From Octopus vulgaris (lineage: Eukaryota), in assembly GCA_951406725.2 (NCBI GenBank), contig OX597834.1, positions 6,882,001 to 6,946,000 on the forward strand: 64,000 nt of DNA, in the 5' to 3' direction. Positions 1 to 13,446 of the stretch are shown here, piece after piece (the first letter of the stretch is position 1; each line of letters opens with the position of its first letter). The position numbers were made by a program, and so were the translations under genes. A model generated the notes under the pieces. It ran no database searches. It was not told where the DNA came from and saw only the letters and a list, made by a program, of their open reading frames with translations.

Positions 1-122
1 AGCCAAAGAACCTTAGCTATTCCTTCTACTATAAGAAGAGACTCCTGGACAAAATCAAAATACTTGAAACAACCTATGCAGAGAGAGAGGAAAAATAGCG
101 AAAATCACTCTGTATTTAATTA

Positions 123-205
123 CCCATGGACGAGTTTTGGAATTAGATTGGCATAAAGAATGTAAAATTCATACTTTACCCAAACATTTTCCTCCTCAGC
201 ATGGG
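123..205 (-). ncRNA. Type I hammerhead ribozyme motif, G12->A mutated, in a (TA)n-abutting insert (1-213)
   Basis: Minus strand reads CCCATG-CTGAGGA-GGAA..TTCC-AAAAC-TC-GTC-CATGGG: 6-bp stem I, CUGANGA core, stem II, GUC triplet; GAAA box reads AAAA. Confidence 0.7.
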
Positions 206-230
206 ATTTCCTGATATATATATATATATA

Positions 231-507
231 TTAAATTAGAGATAAAACCACTATGAGGCAAATCAAACAGTGAAAATCATAAACCAATAAATAGAAATAA
301 AATTAATTAATTAATTTTTAGTTTTTATTAATTATTTTTTATTAATTAATTTTATTTCTATGTATTGGTTTATGATTTTCACTGTTTGATTTGCTAATAG
401 TGGTTTTATCTCTAATTTAATATATATATATTTATACTATAAAATTAGATTTAATCCTAAATCTAATTTTTCCCTGTAAGTTTGGATTTACTCCCAAATA
501 TTATTAT

Positions 508-508
<1 letters not shown>
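231..508 (+). mobile_element. Fold-back element in (TA)n (putative Penelope-like 3' end with inverted 5' copy)
   Basis: ~80-bp inverted arms 231-310/342-420, then a ~80-bp tail shared with 6148-6388 and 29075-29310; (TA)n on both sides. Confidence 0.7.
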
Positions 509-541
<33 letters not shown>

Positions 542-545
<4 letters not shown>

Positions 546-808
546 GCGGACTGGCCAGGTTGCCAGTTTGCCCTGCCCCATTAGAATCCATATAGGAGGG
601 CCCATGTTAGTATCTAAGAGGCCCATCTCCTGGAAGAATACATTAATTATTTCAGCCTGGCTGTGTTTGTAGTCAGTTGAAAAGAATACTTTTAACAAAA
701 ACAGAAAAGATTAAATGATAGCATTGTAGTTGCAGGTGGGCCCCCTTTTAGTTGTGGGTGGGCCCCCTTAGTCTCCTGGCAATCAAAATTTCCAGACCCT
801 GTCCACTA
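542..808. mobile_element. Non-autonomous DNA transposon (MITE), possibly Harbinger-like
   Basis: Starts AGTGGCGGACTGG, ends degenerate CCCTGTCCACTA; several internal GGGCCC motifs. Confidence 0.4.
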
Positions 809-874
809 GTGTGTGTGTATATATATATATATATGCACATATACATATATATACATATATATATATACACATGT

Positions 875-1202
875 GAAGTCGCATGGCTCAGTGGTTAGAG
901 TGTCAAGCTTACAATCGTGAGGTTGTGTGCTCGAATCCCGGACCGGGCTGCGTGTTGTGTTCTTGAGCAAGATACTTTATTTCAAGTTGCTCCAGTTCAC
1001 TCACCTGTAGAAATGAGTTGTGACATCACTGGTGCCAAGCTGTATATCGACCTTTGCGTTTCCCTTGGATAACACTGGTGGCATGGAGAAGGGAAACCGG
1101 TAGGCATGGGCAACTGCTGGTCTTCCATAAACAACCTTGCCCGGACTTGTGCCTGGGAAGGTAACTTTCTAGGTGCAATCCCATGTTGTGACCAAAGGGG
1201 GT
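875..1202 (+). mobile_element. tRNA-derived SINE, family C (CORE-like domain)
   Basis: A box TGGCTCAGTGG, B box GCTCGAATCC, then GTGTTCTTGAGCAAGATACTTT; related copies 12875-13180, 37247-37460, 43039-43490, 44040-44530 (split), 57590-57770(-), 10205-10438(-). Confidence 0.8.
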
Positions 1203-1228
1203 ATCAGAATATACATACACACCCACCG

Positions 1229-1263
<35 letters not shown>

Positions 1264-1352
1264 CATATAAATATATACACACATATATATTTACATATAT
1301 ACCCTTATGGTATTTGCAAAGGGAGGTCATCCTTCCCTCATCAACCTAAGTG

Positions 1353-1399
1353 ATACGTACGGCCTGCAGTTTCTAGGTATTGACCTGTCATCAGCATAC
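1353..1399 (-). ncRNA. Type I hammerhead ribozyme motif in an insert ending at (TA)n (~1301-1500)
   Basis: Minus: GTATG-CTGATGA-C AGGT caat ACCT A-GAAAC-TGCAGGCC-GTA-CGTAT; intact core, stem I with G-U pairs, GUA triplet. Confidence 0.7.
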
Positions 1400-1762
1400 G
1401 ATGATATACCTGACATTGTCGTGCAGTGACTGTTTATACCTCGTTCAGAGATTTATTACTGCTTAATCTTAAAAGCAAATCAATTAAGATGACTAAACGA
1501 GTAGGCACAGAGTGTATTGGGTGCTTTTTATCTAGTACCAGTATCAGTACTTTTTACATGGCATCAGAACCAGTGCTTTTTATGTAGAATTAACACCAAT
1601 GCATTTTTACATGGCACCAGGACTGGTATAAATTCTGCTGTGGTGGATGGGTCTTCTTGAATACAGCAAGGCACCAGATATTTCAGTCCTTTGCCAACTC
1701 CTTCATAAGGTTCAGGGGCTTAAGATCAAGTCTTCAATACAGAAACATATATATATATATAT

Positions 1763-2019
1763 AGGGAGAGTTTACGAAAAAAGCAAAAGACGAAGACAGG
1801 TGCTGTACAAAACAAACAGATGTAATTAGTATAATGCTCAGGAATAGAAAAAGTCTTTTACGTTTCGATCCTATGCTCTTCTACAGAAAGGGACACAGAA
1901 AAAAACAAGGAGAGAAACAAGGAAAGAAAAAAATGTGTGTAGTGGCTAACGATCTATCATGGTGACTGACTGTCACACATGCAACACAAACACACTCACA
2001 CATAAACACATACACACAC

Positions 2020-2083
<64 letters not shown>

Positions 2084-2243
2084 CATAAAGGGAGAGTTTA
2101 CGAAAAAAACAAAAGACGAAGACAGGTGGTGTACAAAACAAACAGATGTATTAGTATAACGTTCAGGAATAGCAAAAGTCTTTTACGTTTCGAGCCTATG
2201 CTCTTCTACAGAAAGGGACACAGAAAGAAACAAGGAGAGAAAC
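1763..2243 (-). mobile_element. Two direct copies (1763-1925, 2090-2243) of a short (TA)n-abutting element with a minimal hammerhead-like motif
   Basis: Minus: CTTT-CTGTAGAA-GAGC atag GCTC-GAAAC-GTA-AAAG at 2180-2215, and at 1855-1890 with one stem II mismatch; core deviates from CUGANGA; tail similar to 27768-27812. Confidence 0.6.
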
Positions 2244-2949
2244 ATACATATTCACTTATGTATTTGTTATGTTTATGCACAGTTCTTATCTAACACATTC
2301 AAATCACAGAGTATTGGTCAACCCAAAACTATAGAAGAAAAACACTTGTCAGTGGCTACTTGCGACAGAATTGAACCTGGTACCACACTGTTCCCAAGCA
2401 AACTACTTTAACCACACAGTGAGGCCTACATTTGTTTTTCTTAATCACTGCCCTATATTTCATATCCTGAGGTCATTTCAATCATCTCTGTTTCCCCTAC
2501 ATATTTCTGTATCTCTGCCACTGTATGAAATCTTAATTATTTACATAACTATCAGAAGATTGTGAGTTTCATATTCAACATCCACTTTATTAAGGCTTCA
2601 AAGATGTATGATTCCATTACCAGGATGTCCAGTGTCTGTGTGATAGATGTGATGTACACTTTGATGTTTATATTGTTCAGAAACTTAATTTCTCTTCACT
2701 GTTATAATGATTTATTTGTAGAAAAGCATTAATTAGAAAGTTTTAATGCATTCTCTGATGTTCTTTTTTTTTTTCTCTCTCTCCTTTTTCTCAAAGTTTT
2801 GGGTGTTTGATGGAATTTATACATAGATAAAAACAATCAGAAACAACAAATTCACTTACATATAGAAATAAAAAAAATAAAAAATACCGATCTATATGAA
2901 TGAACCAATCAAATCAGCTCTCTCTTTCTCGTTGCTCTCTTTACTCTTT

Positions 2950-3365
2950 TACTCTTTTACTCTTTTACTTGTTTCAGTCATTTTGACTGCAGCCATGCTG
3001 GAGCACCGCCTTTAATCGAGCAAATCGACCCCGGGACTTATTCTTTTGTAAGCCCAGTACTTATTCTATCGGTCTCTTTTTGCCGAACCGCTAAGTGACG
3101 GGGACGTAAACACACCAGCATCGGTTGTCAAGCAATGCTAGGGGGACAAACACAGACACACAAACATATACACACACATACATATATATATACATATATA
3201 CGACAGGCTTCTTTCAGTTTCTGTCTACCAAATCCACTCACAAGGCATTGGTCGGCCCGGGGCTATAGCAGAAGACACTTGCCCAAGATGCCACGCAGTG
3301 GGACTGAACCCGGAACCATGTGGCTGGTTAGCAAGCTACTTACCACACAGCCACTCCTGCGCCTA
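2950..3365 (-). mobile_element. tRNA-derived SINE, family A, full length
   Basis: Minus head GGCGCAGGAGTGGCTGTGTGGTAAG..GGTTCAGTCCC, CTTGGGCAAGTGTCTT, internal TA/CA microsatellite, (AAAAGAGT)n tail; ~20 copies in the window. Confidence 0.9.
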
Positions 3366-3490
3366 CTAAAAAAATAGCAAATCTCTACTTTGGTTTGGGG
3401 TTCCATCCTCCAGCTTCTTATCTTTTAACTGTTACCTTCCTTCTTGCTTCAGTTAATGGACTGTGGCCATGCTGGAGCACCAACTACAGT

Positions 3491-3872
3491 GGAGGTGCAA
3501 TGGCGCAATGGTTAGGGCAGCGGACACACGGTCGGTGGATCGTGGTTTCGATTCCCAGACCGGGCGTTGTGTGTGTTTGTTGAGCGAAAACACCTAAAGA
3601 ACCATGAGGCTCCGGCAGAGGGGGTGACGACCCCTGTTGTACTCTTTTGCTCCGACTTTCTCTCACTCTTTCTTCCTGTTTCTTGTCCCCGACTTCCTAC
3701 GCAACCGCTGAGCCTGGATGCGCATTCATCCATCCGTCGATGCTCTCGGTGTTGGGGGTTGACCTGCTTTCTCTTCTGCAGGTCTTACGAATAGCAAAGG
3801 ACCACGTTTCGGACTTCTCCCATCTTGCGAGCTCTGGGACGAAGACTGTTCGCTCAACAGCAACAGCACCAA
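3491..3872 (+). mobile_element. tRNA-derived SINE, family D, nested in a family A fragment
   Basis: Head TGGCGCAATGGTTAG..GTTTCGATTCCC, (CAA/CAG)n tail; copies 42146-42328(-) and 42645-43000(+). Confidence 0.8.
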
Positions 3873-4118
3873 CTTCAAGTGTTTAGTTGAACAAATTGAC
3901 CCCAGTAGTTATTTTCTTTTTAAGGCTGTTATTTACTTATTCTGTCAGTCTCTTTTGCTAAACTGCTAAGTTATAGGGGCATAAACACACCAACACCAGT
4001 TGTTAAGCAGTGGAATGGGACAAACACAACATAAGGACATACAGATGCATGCACAAACACACACACATACACACGCATGCAACACAAACACACTCACACA
4101 TAAACTCATACACACACA

Positions 4119-4600
4119 TTAAGCACCATCCGAACGTGGTCGATGCCAGCGCTGCCTTGACTGGTTTCTCTGCCAGTGGCATGTGACCTGCTGTTCTTGA
4201 GGAGACCTACTGAGTCAAGTACATCAACATCAAAATAAATATCAAATGGAAATTGTAGTTGTGATACCTGTGCCGGTGGCACGTAAAAAGCACCATCCAA
4301 ATGTGGCTGATGCCAGCACTGCCTTGACTGGCTTCTGTGCCGGTGGCACGTAAAAAGCACCAACCGATCGTGTCTCCACCAGCCTCCCCTCGCACCTGTG
4401 TCGGTGGCACATAAAAAGCACCCACTACACTCATGGAGTGGTTGGTTTTAGGAAGGGCATCCAGCTGTAGAAACACTGCCAGATCAGACTGGAGCTTGGT
4501 GCAGCCTCCTGGCTTCCCAGACCCCGGTCGAACCGTCGAACCCATGCTAGCATGGAAAACAGACGTTAAACAATGATGATGATGACGATGATGTTGATGG

Positions 4601-4641
<41 letters not shown>

Positions 4642-4642
4642 T
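4119..4642 (+). mobile_element. SINE-like family E with internal ~55-60-bp GCACGTAAAAAGCACC repeats and (GAT)n tail
   Basis: GGAAGGGCATCCAGCTGTAGAAAC..GCTAGCATGGAAAACAGACGTTAAACAATGATGAT; copies ~10930-11290, 16490-16752, 27917-28168(-), 31220-31788, 47895-48165(-), 51087-51422(-), 52501-52885(-), 60447-60778(-). Confidence 0.8.
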
Positions 4643-5165
4643 TATACACACAATGGGCTTCCATTCAGGTTTCTTTCTTCCAAATTCGCTCACAAGTCAC
4701 TGGTTGATATTGGGCTATGGTAGAAAACACTTACCCAAGGTGCTGAGCAGTGAGACTGAACCCAGAACCTGCTTCTTAAAACCACTCATCCATTCCTGTA
4801 TAAAATCCATTCAATTCATCCTTTTTTTTTTCTTCGTTTTTGTCTTTTGTTTCCTTTGCAATCTCCCAGAATACAGTTTGGCAAATCTTCTGCGTCCAGC
4901 TGTAGTCTTCCCTCTCCTGGATCTTTCCAGACAAATTTCCTTTGAATAATTTAAAACATTTGAAAACTGTCATTTTGTTTTGTTTGTGTATCTTGGAAAT
5001 AGCTTGAAGGGATAAAGATTTTTGTTGACAGTTATTCTGTTTCAAAAGAGCAGATGCCCCAGGAAGTGAAAAAATAGTTAAATCAATTTGTATAACACTC
5101 CAATAAAGTCTGTGGTCTCTGTCGACACCATCAGATTGAGGAGTCAGTTAGGGGAACATCTACGT

Positions 5166-5470
5166 CAGTGGTTCTCAGCTGGGGTCCGTATAAGATTTTG
5201 GGGGATCTGCACAAGGAAAATAGTGAATCAGGGACCCACAGCAGTAGTTTAAGGCCCCATGAAAACCTTTTGCTTTAGAAACAGCTCGAATTCTTTCTCT
5301 AATGTCTCAAATAGTTCAAATTGCACATGCTAATGTGTGAAAAATATGATGGGAATTTTAAAACAAGCATCTATAAAACTAGATTTTAAATTTCAAGTGG
5401 CAATGGTGGACTACAAGAATAAAATAGTAATCAAAGGGACCCATTGGTAAAAAACAGTTGAGAATGACTG
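5166..5470. mobile_element. hAT-like MITE
   Basis: TIR CAGTGGTTCTCAGCT / AGTTGAGAATGACTG; degenerate 8-bp flanks atctacgt/ccctacat. Confidence 0.65.
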
Positions 5471-5584
5471 CCCTACATTGTCACTTATCATATTTCTCTT
5501 TGTATTAGTGATGATGGTGGAGATGTTGAAAATGAACAAAAAAAAATTTCGGTCATTCTTCTTTCTTCTCCTTCTAACTGTATA

Positions 5585-5870
5585 TCTATTATATAAAATC
5601 TGTTCTGTCTGTGTGTGTGTGTGTCTTCTAGGATCTCGGGCATCCTCCATCCGATTGTGCTCAAATTTGATATGTAGATACTGACGGTATCAGGGCGTGT
5701 ATAAGTCTTGAAAAAATTACGAAAATCGATTCCAGGTGAGAATGCGATTAATAAAGCCGTCGGAATGTGCATTTGTACGTGCAAGTAAATCAGCTGTTGC
5801 AATCGATACTATGCATATGCAGGAAAAAATGCATGTGCAGTTAGCGCAAAAAAAGCCGGCTGGCTTGAAA
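5585..5870 (+). mobile_element. Non-autonomous Helitron/Helentron-like element, 5' part
   Basis: TCTATTATATAAAA start, (GT/GTCT)n, CCGATTGTGCTCAAATTT motif; same layout as 46351-46943; 3' end uncertain. Confidence 0.5.
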
Positions 5871-6147
5871 TAATGCCACAAAATGCAGTATATTTAAGAG
5901 ACCAAAACAGTAAGATGCAAAAGAAATATTTTCTTCAAACTTGGCATGAAGGAAAGAAAGACTATTTGGTTTCTCAAGAGGTTTTTATTTTTGCCTTAAC
6001 TTCGTTTAACAAAACCAAAAATTTTATTGAAATAAAGGCATGCTTAATTATTTTTTAATGAAAAGAAAACACTGATTTTACTCAGCAGATATGATTCAGC
6101 ACTGTTCATTGGATGGGGGGCGTTTTACTCATATGTAAATATATATA

Positions 6148-6388
6148 CATAATAATAATATTAGGGAGTATAACTCCAAACTTACAGGGGAAAATTCAAT
6201 TTAGCATTAAATCCAATTTCATAGTATAAATATATAAAATACAAATTAAAGATAAAACCACTATTAGGCAACTCAAACAGTGATAGACATAAACCAATAC
6301 ATAAATAACCAATATATTTATGTATTGGTTTATGTCTATCACTATTTGAGTTGCATAATAGTGGTTTTCTCTCTACTTTATATTTTAT
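6148..6388 (-). mobile_element. Fold-back element in (TA)n, same family as 231-508
   Basis: Inverted arms ~6236-6306/6316-6388; tail on the left is the reverse complement of the tail at 430-508. Confidence 0.7.
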
Positions 6389-6392
6389 ATAT

Positions 6393-6445
<53 letters not shown>

Positions 6446-6709
6446 TGCATATATATGTATATATATGCATATATATATGCATGCATATATATATATATAT
6501 ATATATATGCATGCATATATATGTATATATATGCATACGTATGTGTATGTACATGTATATATGTATGTGTGTATATGTATATATGTTTATATATGTGAGT
6601 ATGTAGTGATATAAGTATATGCATGTGTATGTATGGGTATGTGTATCAGTGTATATGTATATATGTATGTGTGTGTGTATGTATATGTATGTATATGTGT
6701 ATATATGTA

Positions 6710-6746
<37 letters not shown>

Positions 6747-6813
6747 GTGTATATGTGTGTATGTATGTGTATGTGTATGTATGTGTATATATATATATAT
6801 ATGTATATATATG

Positions 6814-6853
<40 letters not shown>

Positions 6854-7345
6854 TGCGTGTGTGTATGTATGCATATATGTATGTATGCATGTATATGTGT
6901 ATGTATATATATGTGCGTAAGTGTGTGCATATATGTATATGTAAGTATGTGTGCGCTTATGAGTATGTATGTATGCTTGCACACGTGTATATATATGTGT
7001 GTGTGTATATATATATGGATGCGCGTGCGTGTGTGCACGTGTATGGGTACGCATGTATATGTGTATGTGCGTGTATGCGTATACGTGTATGTATGTATGT
7101 GTGTGCGTAGATTTGTATATGTATGTGTGAGTGTGTATATATATATATATATATATATACATATATATAGATGGGTGTGTGTATGCGTATAAATGCATGT
7201 AAGTATGGATGTATGGATGTATGTATGTATGTATACGTATGTATGTGTGTATGTGTGTATGTATATATATATGTGTGTATATATGTTTGTGTATGTATAT
7301 ATATGTGTATGTATGTGTGTGTATATGTATGTGTGTATGTGTATG

Positions 7346-7399
<54 letters not shown>

Positions 7400-8265
7400 T
7401 ATGTATCTGTATGTAGGAGTATATATGTGTGTGTGTGTATGTATATGTGGGTATATATATATATATGTATATTTATTGGTGTATATGTATAGACTAGCCT
7501 CCTAAAGTGTAGACACGAATCTGTAGGTACGAGTACGTATGTGTATATACGTGAACGTATGTAGATGTTTGTATGTATGAATATAACGCGTGCATACGTG
7601 TATGTGTATGAGTGTACGAATGGGTGAATGTACGTGCTAATGAGTGTGCGTGCGGGAATGAGTACTTGCCTTCTAGTAGACAGACAAATGGACATGCAGC
7701 CATTGCCAGGATTCTTAGCTCTAGCGATCAAAGATAACAAAAGTAATAAATGAAGATAATAAAATTAAAATTAGGGAATGGGCCTGTATTGGATTGTATA
7801 TATATATATGTATATGTATATTTGTATGTATGTATGTGTGTATGTGTAGGTATGTATAGGTACACATGTGTATGTGTATGTGTATGTATATATGTGTGTA
7901 TGTATGTATGTGCACACATGTATATATATGTATGCGTGTATATGTTTATATATATATATGTGTACATAGGTGTATGTGGGTGTATGTATATATAGGTGTA
8001 AATATGTGTATATAGGGAACTAGGTGTGTTGTGTGTGCATGAGTGTATGTGCGTATGAATATATATTTTTATGTGTATATATGTATGTGTGGTCGTGGGT
8101 ATATATATATATATATACATGTGTGTATGCGTGCATGCATGGGAGTGAGTGTATGCATATATACGTGTGTGTATGTGTAGACAGGTATAGGCATGTGCAT
8201 GTGTATAAATTTGTATATGTGGGCGGGTGTATGTATGTGTGTATGTAGATATGTATGTATGTGTG

Positions 8266-8326
<61 letters not shown>

Positions 8327-8385
8327 ATATATATGTGTATGTATGTATGTGTGTGTAGATACGTATACATGTGTGTATAGGTATA
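6389..8385. repeat. ~2-kb compound (TA)/(TG)/(TATG)n low-complexity tract
   Basis: Direct reading; source of the Y/I/C/V/H/T ORFs. Confidence 0.95.
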
Positions 8386-8680
8386 AGTGAGAATCTCCTT
8401 ATTTACCTATAACTCTATCCCCCCTTTTTTTATATATATATTTTTTTATATATATTTTTTTATATATATTTTTTATTTTTTTATTTTTTTATTTTTTTAT
8501 TTTTTTATTTTTTTATTTTATTTTTTTATTTATCTATTCTTTCATCTAACTTACCACTGACTCCTTGACCACTCCCCCAAGTATGATATTTTGCGCTATG
8601 CCTACCCCCCAAAAAGTCCCCCACCACCACTCCTTTAAACCTGCCTAAATGTATAAATGCTAATACAATTCTTGTTAAAT

Positions 8681-8731
8681 AGCTTCCTGAAGATTTCTCT
8701 TGAATGAAACAGTACTAGTCCTGTAGAAGCT
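8681..8731 (+). ncRNA. Type I hammerhead ribozyme with intact core, ~85 bp upstream of a 130-bp (TA)n run
   Basis: AGCTTC-CTGAAGA-T TTC tctt GAA T-GAA-ACAG tactagtc CTGT-A-GAAGCT: 6-bp stem I, 4-bp stem III, GUA triplet, palindromic ACTAGT in loop 3. Confidence 0.8.
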
Positions 8732-8814
8732 CCTTCTATATAATAAATTAATTTTACTCTGCTATGTATTGAGTACCTTACTTACTGTGGTTAACCCCGA
8801 ATCAACCCGGGACC

Positions 8815-9443
<629 letters not shown>

Positions 9444-9468
9444 TATATATATACATATATACATACAC

Positions 9469-9528
<60 letters not shown>

Positions 9529-10153
9529 ACTGCAACACAAACATTGCTATTGATTTACTTGAATATACTCTCCCCTCAAAATTTTGGCTATGTGTAAATT
9601 TTAAGAAACAATTTACATTGTTGAGCAAACTACACAATGCCATGTAGCAACTAAATGACTCTTGTAAATTACATGAAGAGTAAATAGTTTGTAGGAGAAA
9701 TGGTTATTATTACAAATGCCATTATGTACACACTAAGTAGAAGTACTTATCTGGATGACGTTGTTCCGGGCTTCTGCTCTGTTAAACACTGGAGTTACGG
9801 AATGGTGATGAGTGTCTTGGTAAGTCTTTTGCAAGATATGGCTTTCATTCTCCTGTCTTTTATTCTTTATCCTTTCCTTGTTTCAGTTATGAGGCTGTGG
9901 CCATGCTGGAGTACCGCTTTGAAGGATTGTGGTCGATTGAATTTAAGCCAGTACTTATTTGCTGATTTATAAAAAAATATTGGTACTTATTCTGTTAATC
10001 TCTTTTGCCAAACTGCTAAGTAACAAGGATGTAAACACACCAACACTAGTTGTTAAGCAGTGGTGGTGAACAAACAGAGACATGAAGACATACACATAAA
10101 CACACACACATTATATATTTGTATATATATGTGTGTGTGTGTGTGTATATATG

Positions 10154-10192
<39 letters not shown>

Positions 10193-10457
10193 AAAATGAA
10201 ATAAATGTGCCCTTTTAAAGCCCAGCCAGGATCATGGGCCCGGTTTTCCAGTTTCAATGGAGTATGTGTTCCCTGGCTGGATGGGACGCCAGTCCATCAC
10301 AGTGTTACTTATTTTTGCCAGCTGAGTGGACTGGAGCAATGTGAAATGAAGTGTTTTCTTCAAGAACACAACGCGTCGCCTTGTCCAGGAATTGAAACCA
10401 CAATCTTACAATCATGATGCTGACACCCTAACACACCTCCATATATATATATACTTT

Positions 10458-10675
10458 ATACCGAAGTTTAGAAATAGCAGTCAAAAAATCTTAGCTATTC
10501 CTTCTACTTTTGACTGCTATTTCTAAACTTTGGTATGTGGTGAAGCAAATCTTTGCTGAACCCTAATTATAAAGTATTACTTAAGCTTACCATGAAATGG
10601 TCTTTTTCATGCCGAATTCTACTTGGTGAAATTACTGATTACTTCTTAATTAATTAATCTTACCCTTTGTTATTA
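10458..10675 (+). mobile_element. Fold-back element in (TA)n, related to 1-213
   Basis: 29-bp arms 10458-10486/10508-10536; loop CTTAGCTATTCCTTCTACT matches 12-30; ~140-bp tail. Confidence 0.7.
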
Positions 10676-11749
10676 TATATATATATATATACACATATGA
10701 TTGGCTTATTTTAGTTTCTGTCTATCAAATGCACTCATGAGTCTTTGGCCAGCCTGAGTAAATGGCACTTGCTCAAAACATGACATAGCGGGGAACTGAA
10801 CCTGGAACTATGTGGTTTGGATACAAACTTCTTACCAAACAGCAACATTTGCATCCTATATGTGAGTTTATTGTAAATATAAATTGATAAGACATTCAGG
10901 AAAGAACTTAGCATTGGAGAAAATATTCATTACTGCCTGGCTGGGCCCCCCCCCCATGCCATGGCATGTAAAAGGGCACCATTCGTGCGTGATCATTACT
11001 AACGTCGCCTTACTGGCACCTGTGCCAATGGCATGTGTAAAAAGATTCGAACAAGGTCATTGCCAGTACCGCATGACTGGCCCCCCCCCCCGTGCCGGTG
11101 GCACGTAAAAAGCACCCACTACACTCTCGGAGTGGTTGGCATTAGGAAGGGCATCCAGCTGTAGAAACTCTGCCAGATCAAGACTGGAGCCTGGTGCAGC
11201 CATCTGGTTTGCCAGCCCTCAGTCAAAATCGTCCAACCCATGCTAGCAGGGAAAGCGGATGTTAAATGATGATGATGATGATGATGATGAACTATACACC
11301 TTGGACATTTTGATATAATAAGGGTTTGGTTTATGTTGCAGAAATGTCTTGAAAAATGCAAAAGTTTCCTAACTTTGAAGAATTATTTACATCTGAAATG
11401 CTGAAATGTCACCATGGCAAACAACATAATTGAAACTGATAATCGAGAGCACAAAATCCAAGCAGCATGTCTAGAATAGCTTTGATTGATACAAGGGGGG
11501 ACAGGTACATAGGAATTCAGTACTGTGTAACCAGTATAAACAATCAGTGCTGGATCTGGGGTCACTGAGTAGACAAGCTATGCTTTAGGCTTACAAGATT
11601 AGTTAGTACCAAGGACACCCAGGGAAAGATTTGATGGTGATATTTTCTCTTATTCAGAGTAATTAGTTTAGCAGGTGCTTGTTATGATAGATTAGTTATT
11701 AATCTTAGAATTGTATATATAGAAACTCAAGAAGTGCTAACAGAAACGG

Positions 11750-12405
11750 CATAAACACAGTCTTTTATTTAGTTGAAGGAGGTTTCAATCACGAATGCAT
11801 GCCACATTCAAAGGTTTTAGCTGCTCACACTGGTTTTGAATTTTGGTGCAAAGACGGCATTTTGAGGGAGTAGCTAAATCAGTTACATCGACCCCAGTGT
11901 TCAAATGGTGTTCTGAGTTCAAATTCCACTGAGGCTGACTTTGCCTTTTATCCTGTCGGGGTCGATTAAATAAGTACCAGTTACGCACTGGGGTCGATAT
12001 AATTGACTTAATCCGTTTGTCTGTCCTTGCTTGTCCTCTCTGTGTTTAGCCCCTTGTGGGTAGTAAAGAAATAGGTATAAACACAGTTGTTTATTTAGTT
12101 GAAGGAGGTTTCAATCATGAATGCATGCCACATTCAAAGGTTTTAGCTGCCCACGCTGGTTTTAAATTTTGGTGCAAGGCCAGCATTTTGAGGGAGTAGG
12201 TAAATCAGTTACATCGACCCCAGTGTTCAAATGGTGTTCTGAGTTCAGATTCCACTGAGGCTGACTTTGCCTTTTATCCTTTTGGGGTCGATTAAATAAG
12301 TACCAGTTACGCACTGGGGTCGATATAATCGACTTAATCCGTTTGTCTGTCCTTGCTTGTCCTCTCTGTGTTTAGCCCTTTGTGGGAAGTAAAGAAATAG
12401 GTATT
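11750..12405 (+). repeat. ~328-bp tandem duplication (unique flank plus family B SINE 3' part)
   Basis: ATAAACACAGT..GAAATAGGT present twice (~11750-12077, 12078-12402). Confidence 0.85.
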
Positions 12406-13446
12406 CATCCTGGGAAAAATGCAGTATTTCATCTGTCTTCATGGTTTGGGTTCAAATTCCACTGAGGTCACCTTTCTCTTTATTTTTTTTTTTTTTTTGC
12501 AGTTGATAAAATAAGTACCAGTTGAACACTGGGGTTGATGTAATCAACTTAATTCCTCCTCCAAAGTCGCTGTCTTAGTGCAAAATTTGAAATCAATATT
12601 TACATGCTATTATTTATAGCTTTATTTGCTTCAAGATCCACTGGTCAAAGAATTGTTTCATGTTCTCTCAAAAGTTTATGAATTCTTATAACTTCATATA
12701 TTCTTAGTCAGACAATTACAGAAGTATTTACCTAAGAGTAAAGCATTGTACTTGACGTTCATTGACTTGGAGTGAACACTGTGTTCTACCTGTGTTAGCA
12801 GTGCAATTCAACCAGGTAGAACATGGTATTGGCTTATAAGTCTCTAATATACTTAGTAGTATATTATGAACGATGGCGCATGGCTCAGTGGTTAGAGTGG
12901 TGGGCTCACAATTATGAGGTAGCAAGTTCGATTCCAGGACCAGGTTGTGTGTTGTGTTCTTGAGCAAGACACTTTATTTCATGTTGCTCCAGTTCACTCA
13001 GCTGTAGAAATGAGTTGCGACGTCACTGGTGCCAAGCTGAATCGGCCCCTTTTGCCTTTCCTTTAGATAACATTAGTGGTGTGGTGACGGAAGGCTGATA
13101 TGCATGGGAAATTGCTAGTCTTCCGTAAACAACTTTGCCCAGACTTGTGCTTCAGAGGGGTACTTTGCAAAGGGGGCCTAAACTCCTGTCTGGTTCGGCA
13201 TGGTTTCTACGGCTTGATACCCATCTTTATACCAACCACTTTACAGAGTGTGCTGGGTGCTTTTTATGTGACATCGCACAGATGCTTTTACATGGAGCTA
13301 CATGGGCACTTTTATGAGGCACTGAAGGGGCACTTCTACATGTCACTGCACGGGCACTTTTATGTAATGCTGCATGAGTGCTTTAATGCACCTCTGCACA
13401 GGTAATTTTATGCTTGTGCAGCGTCATGCATATTATATATATATAT

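Noticed and set aside
231-420. Fold-back elements as pre-miRNAs or classical MITEs
   Set aside because: Arms are not at both termini (one-sided tail), arm length varies, and a family member lacks the inversion.
875-950. tRNA gene calls at SINE heads (also 3491, 12875, 37247)
   Set aside because: A/B boxes run directly into repeated SINE bodies with no complete cloverleaf.
3135-3377. Recurrent peptide '[31 protein letters not shown]' resembling a gene family
   Set aside because: Antisense translation of family A SINE copies.
4870-4949. Possible terminal exon after a pyrimidine tract (IQFGKSSASSCSLPSPGSFQTNFL* or YSLANLLRPAVVFPLLDLSRQISFE*)
   Set aside because: No recognisable homology and no partner exons; frame ambiguous.
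6280-8390. Long Y/I/H/T/C/V-rich ORFs (also at 15.7-16.4, 26.6-30, 35-36, 39-40 and 58 kb)
   Set aside because: Translations of dinucleotide and tetranucleotide repeats, open on both strands.
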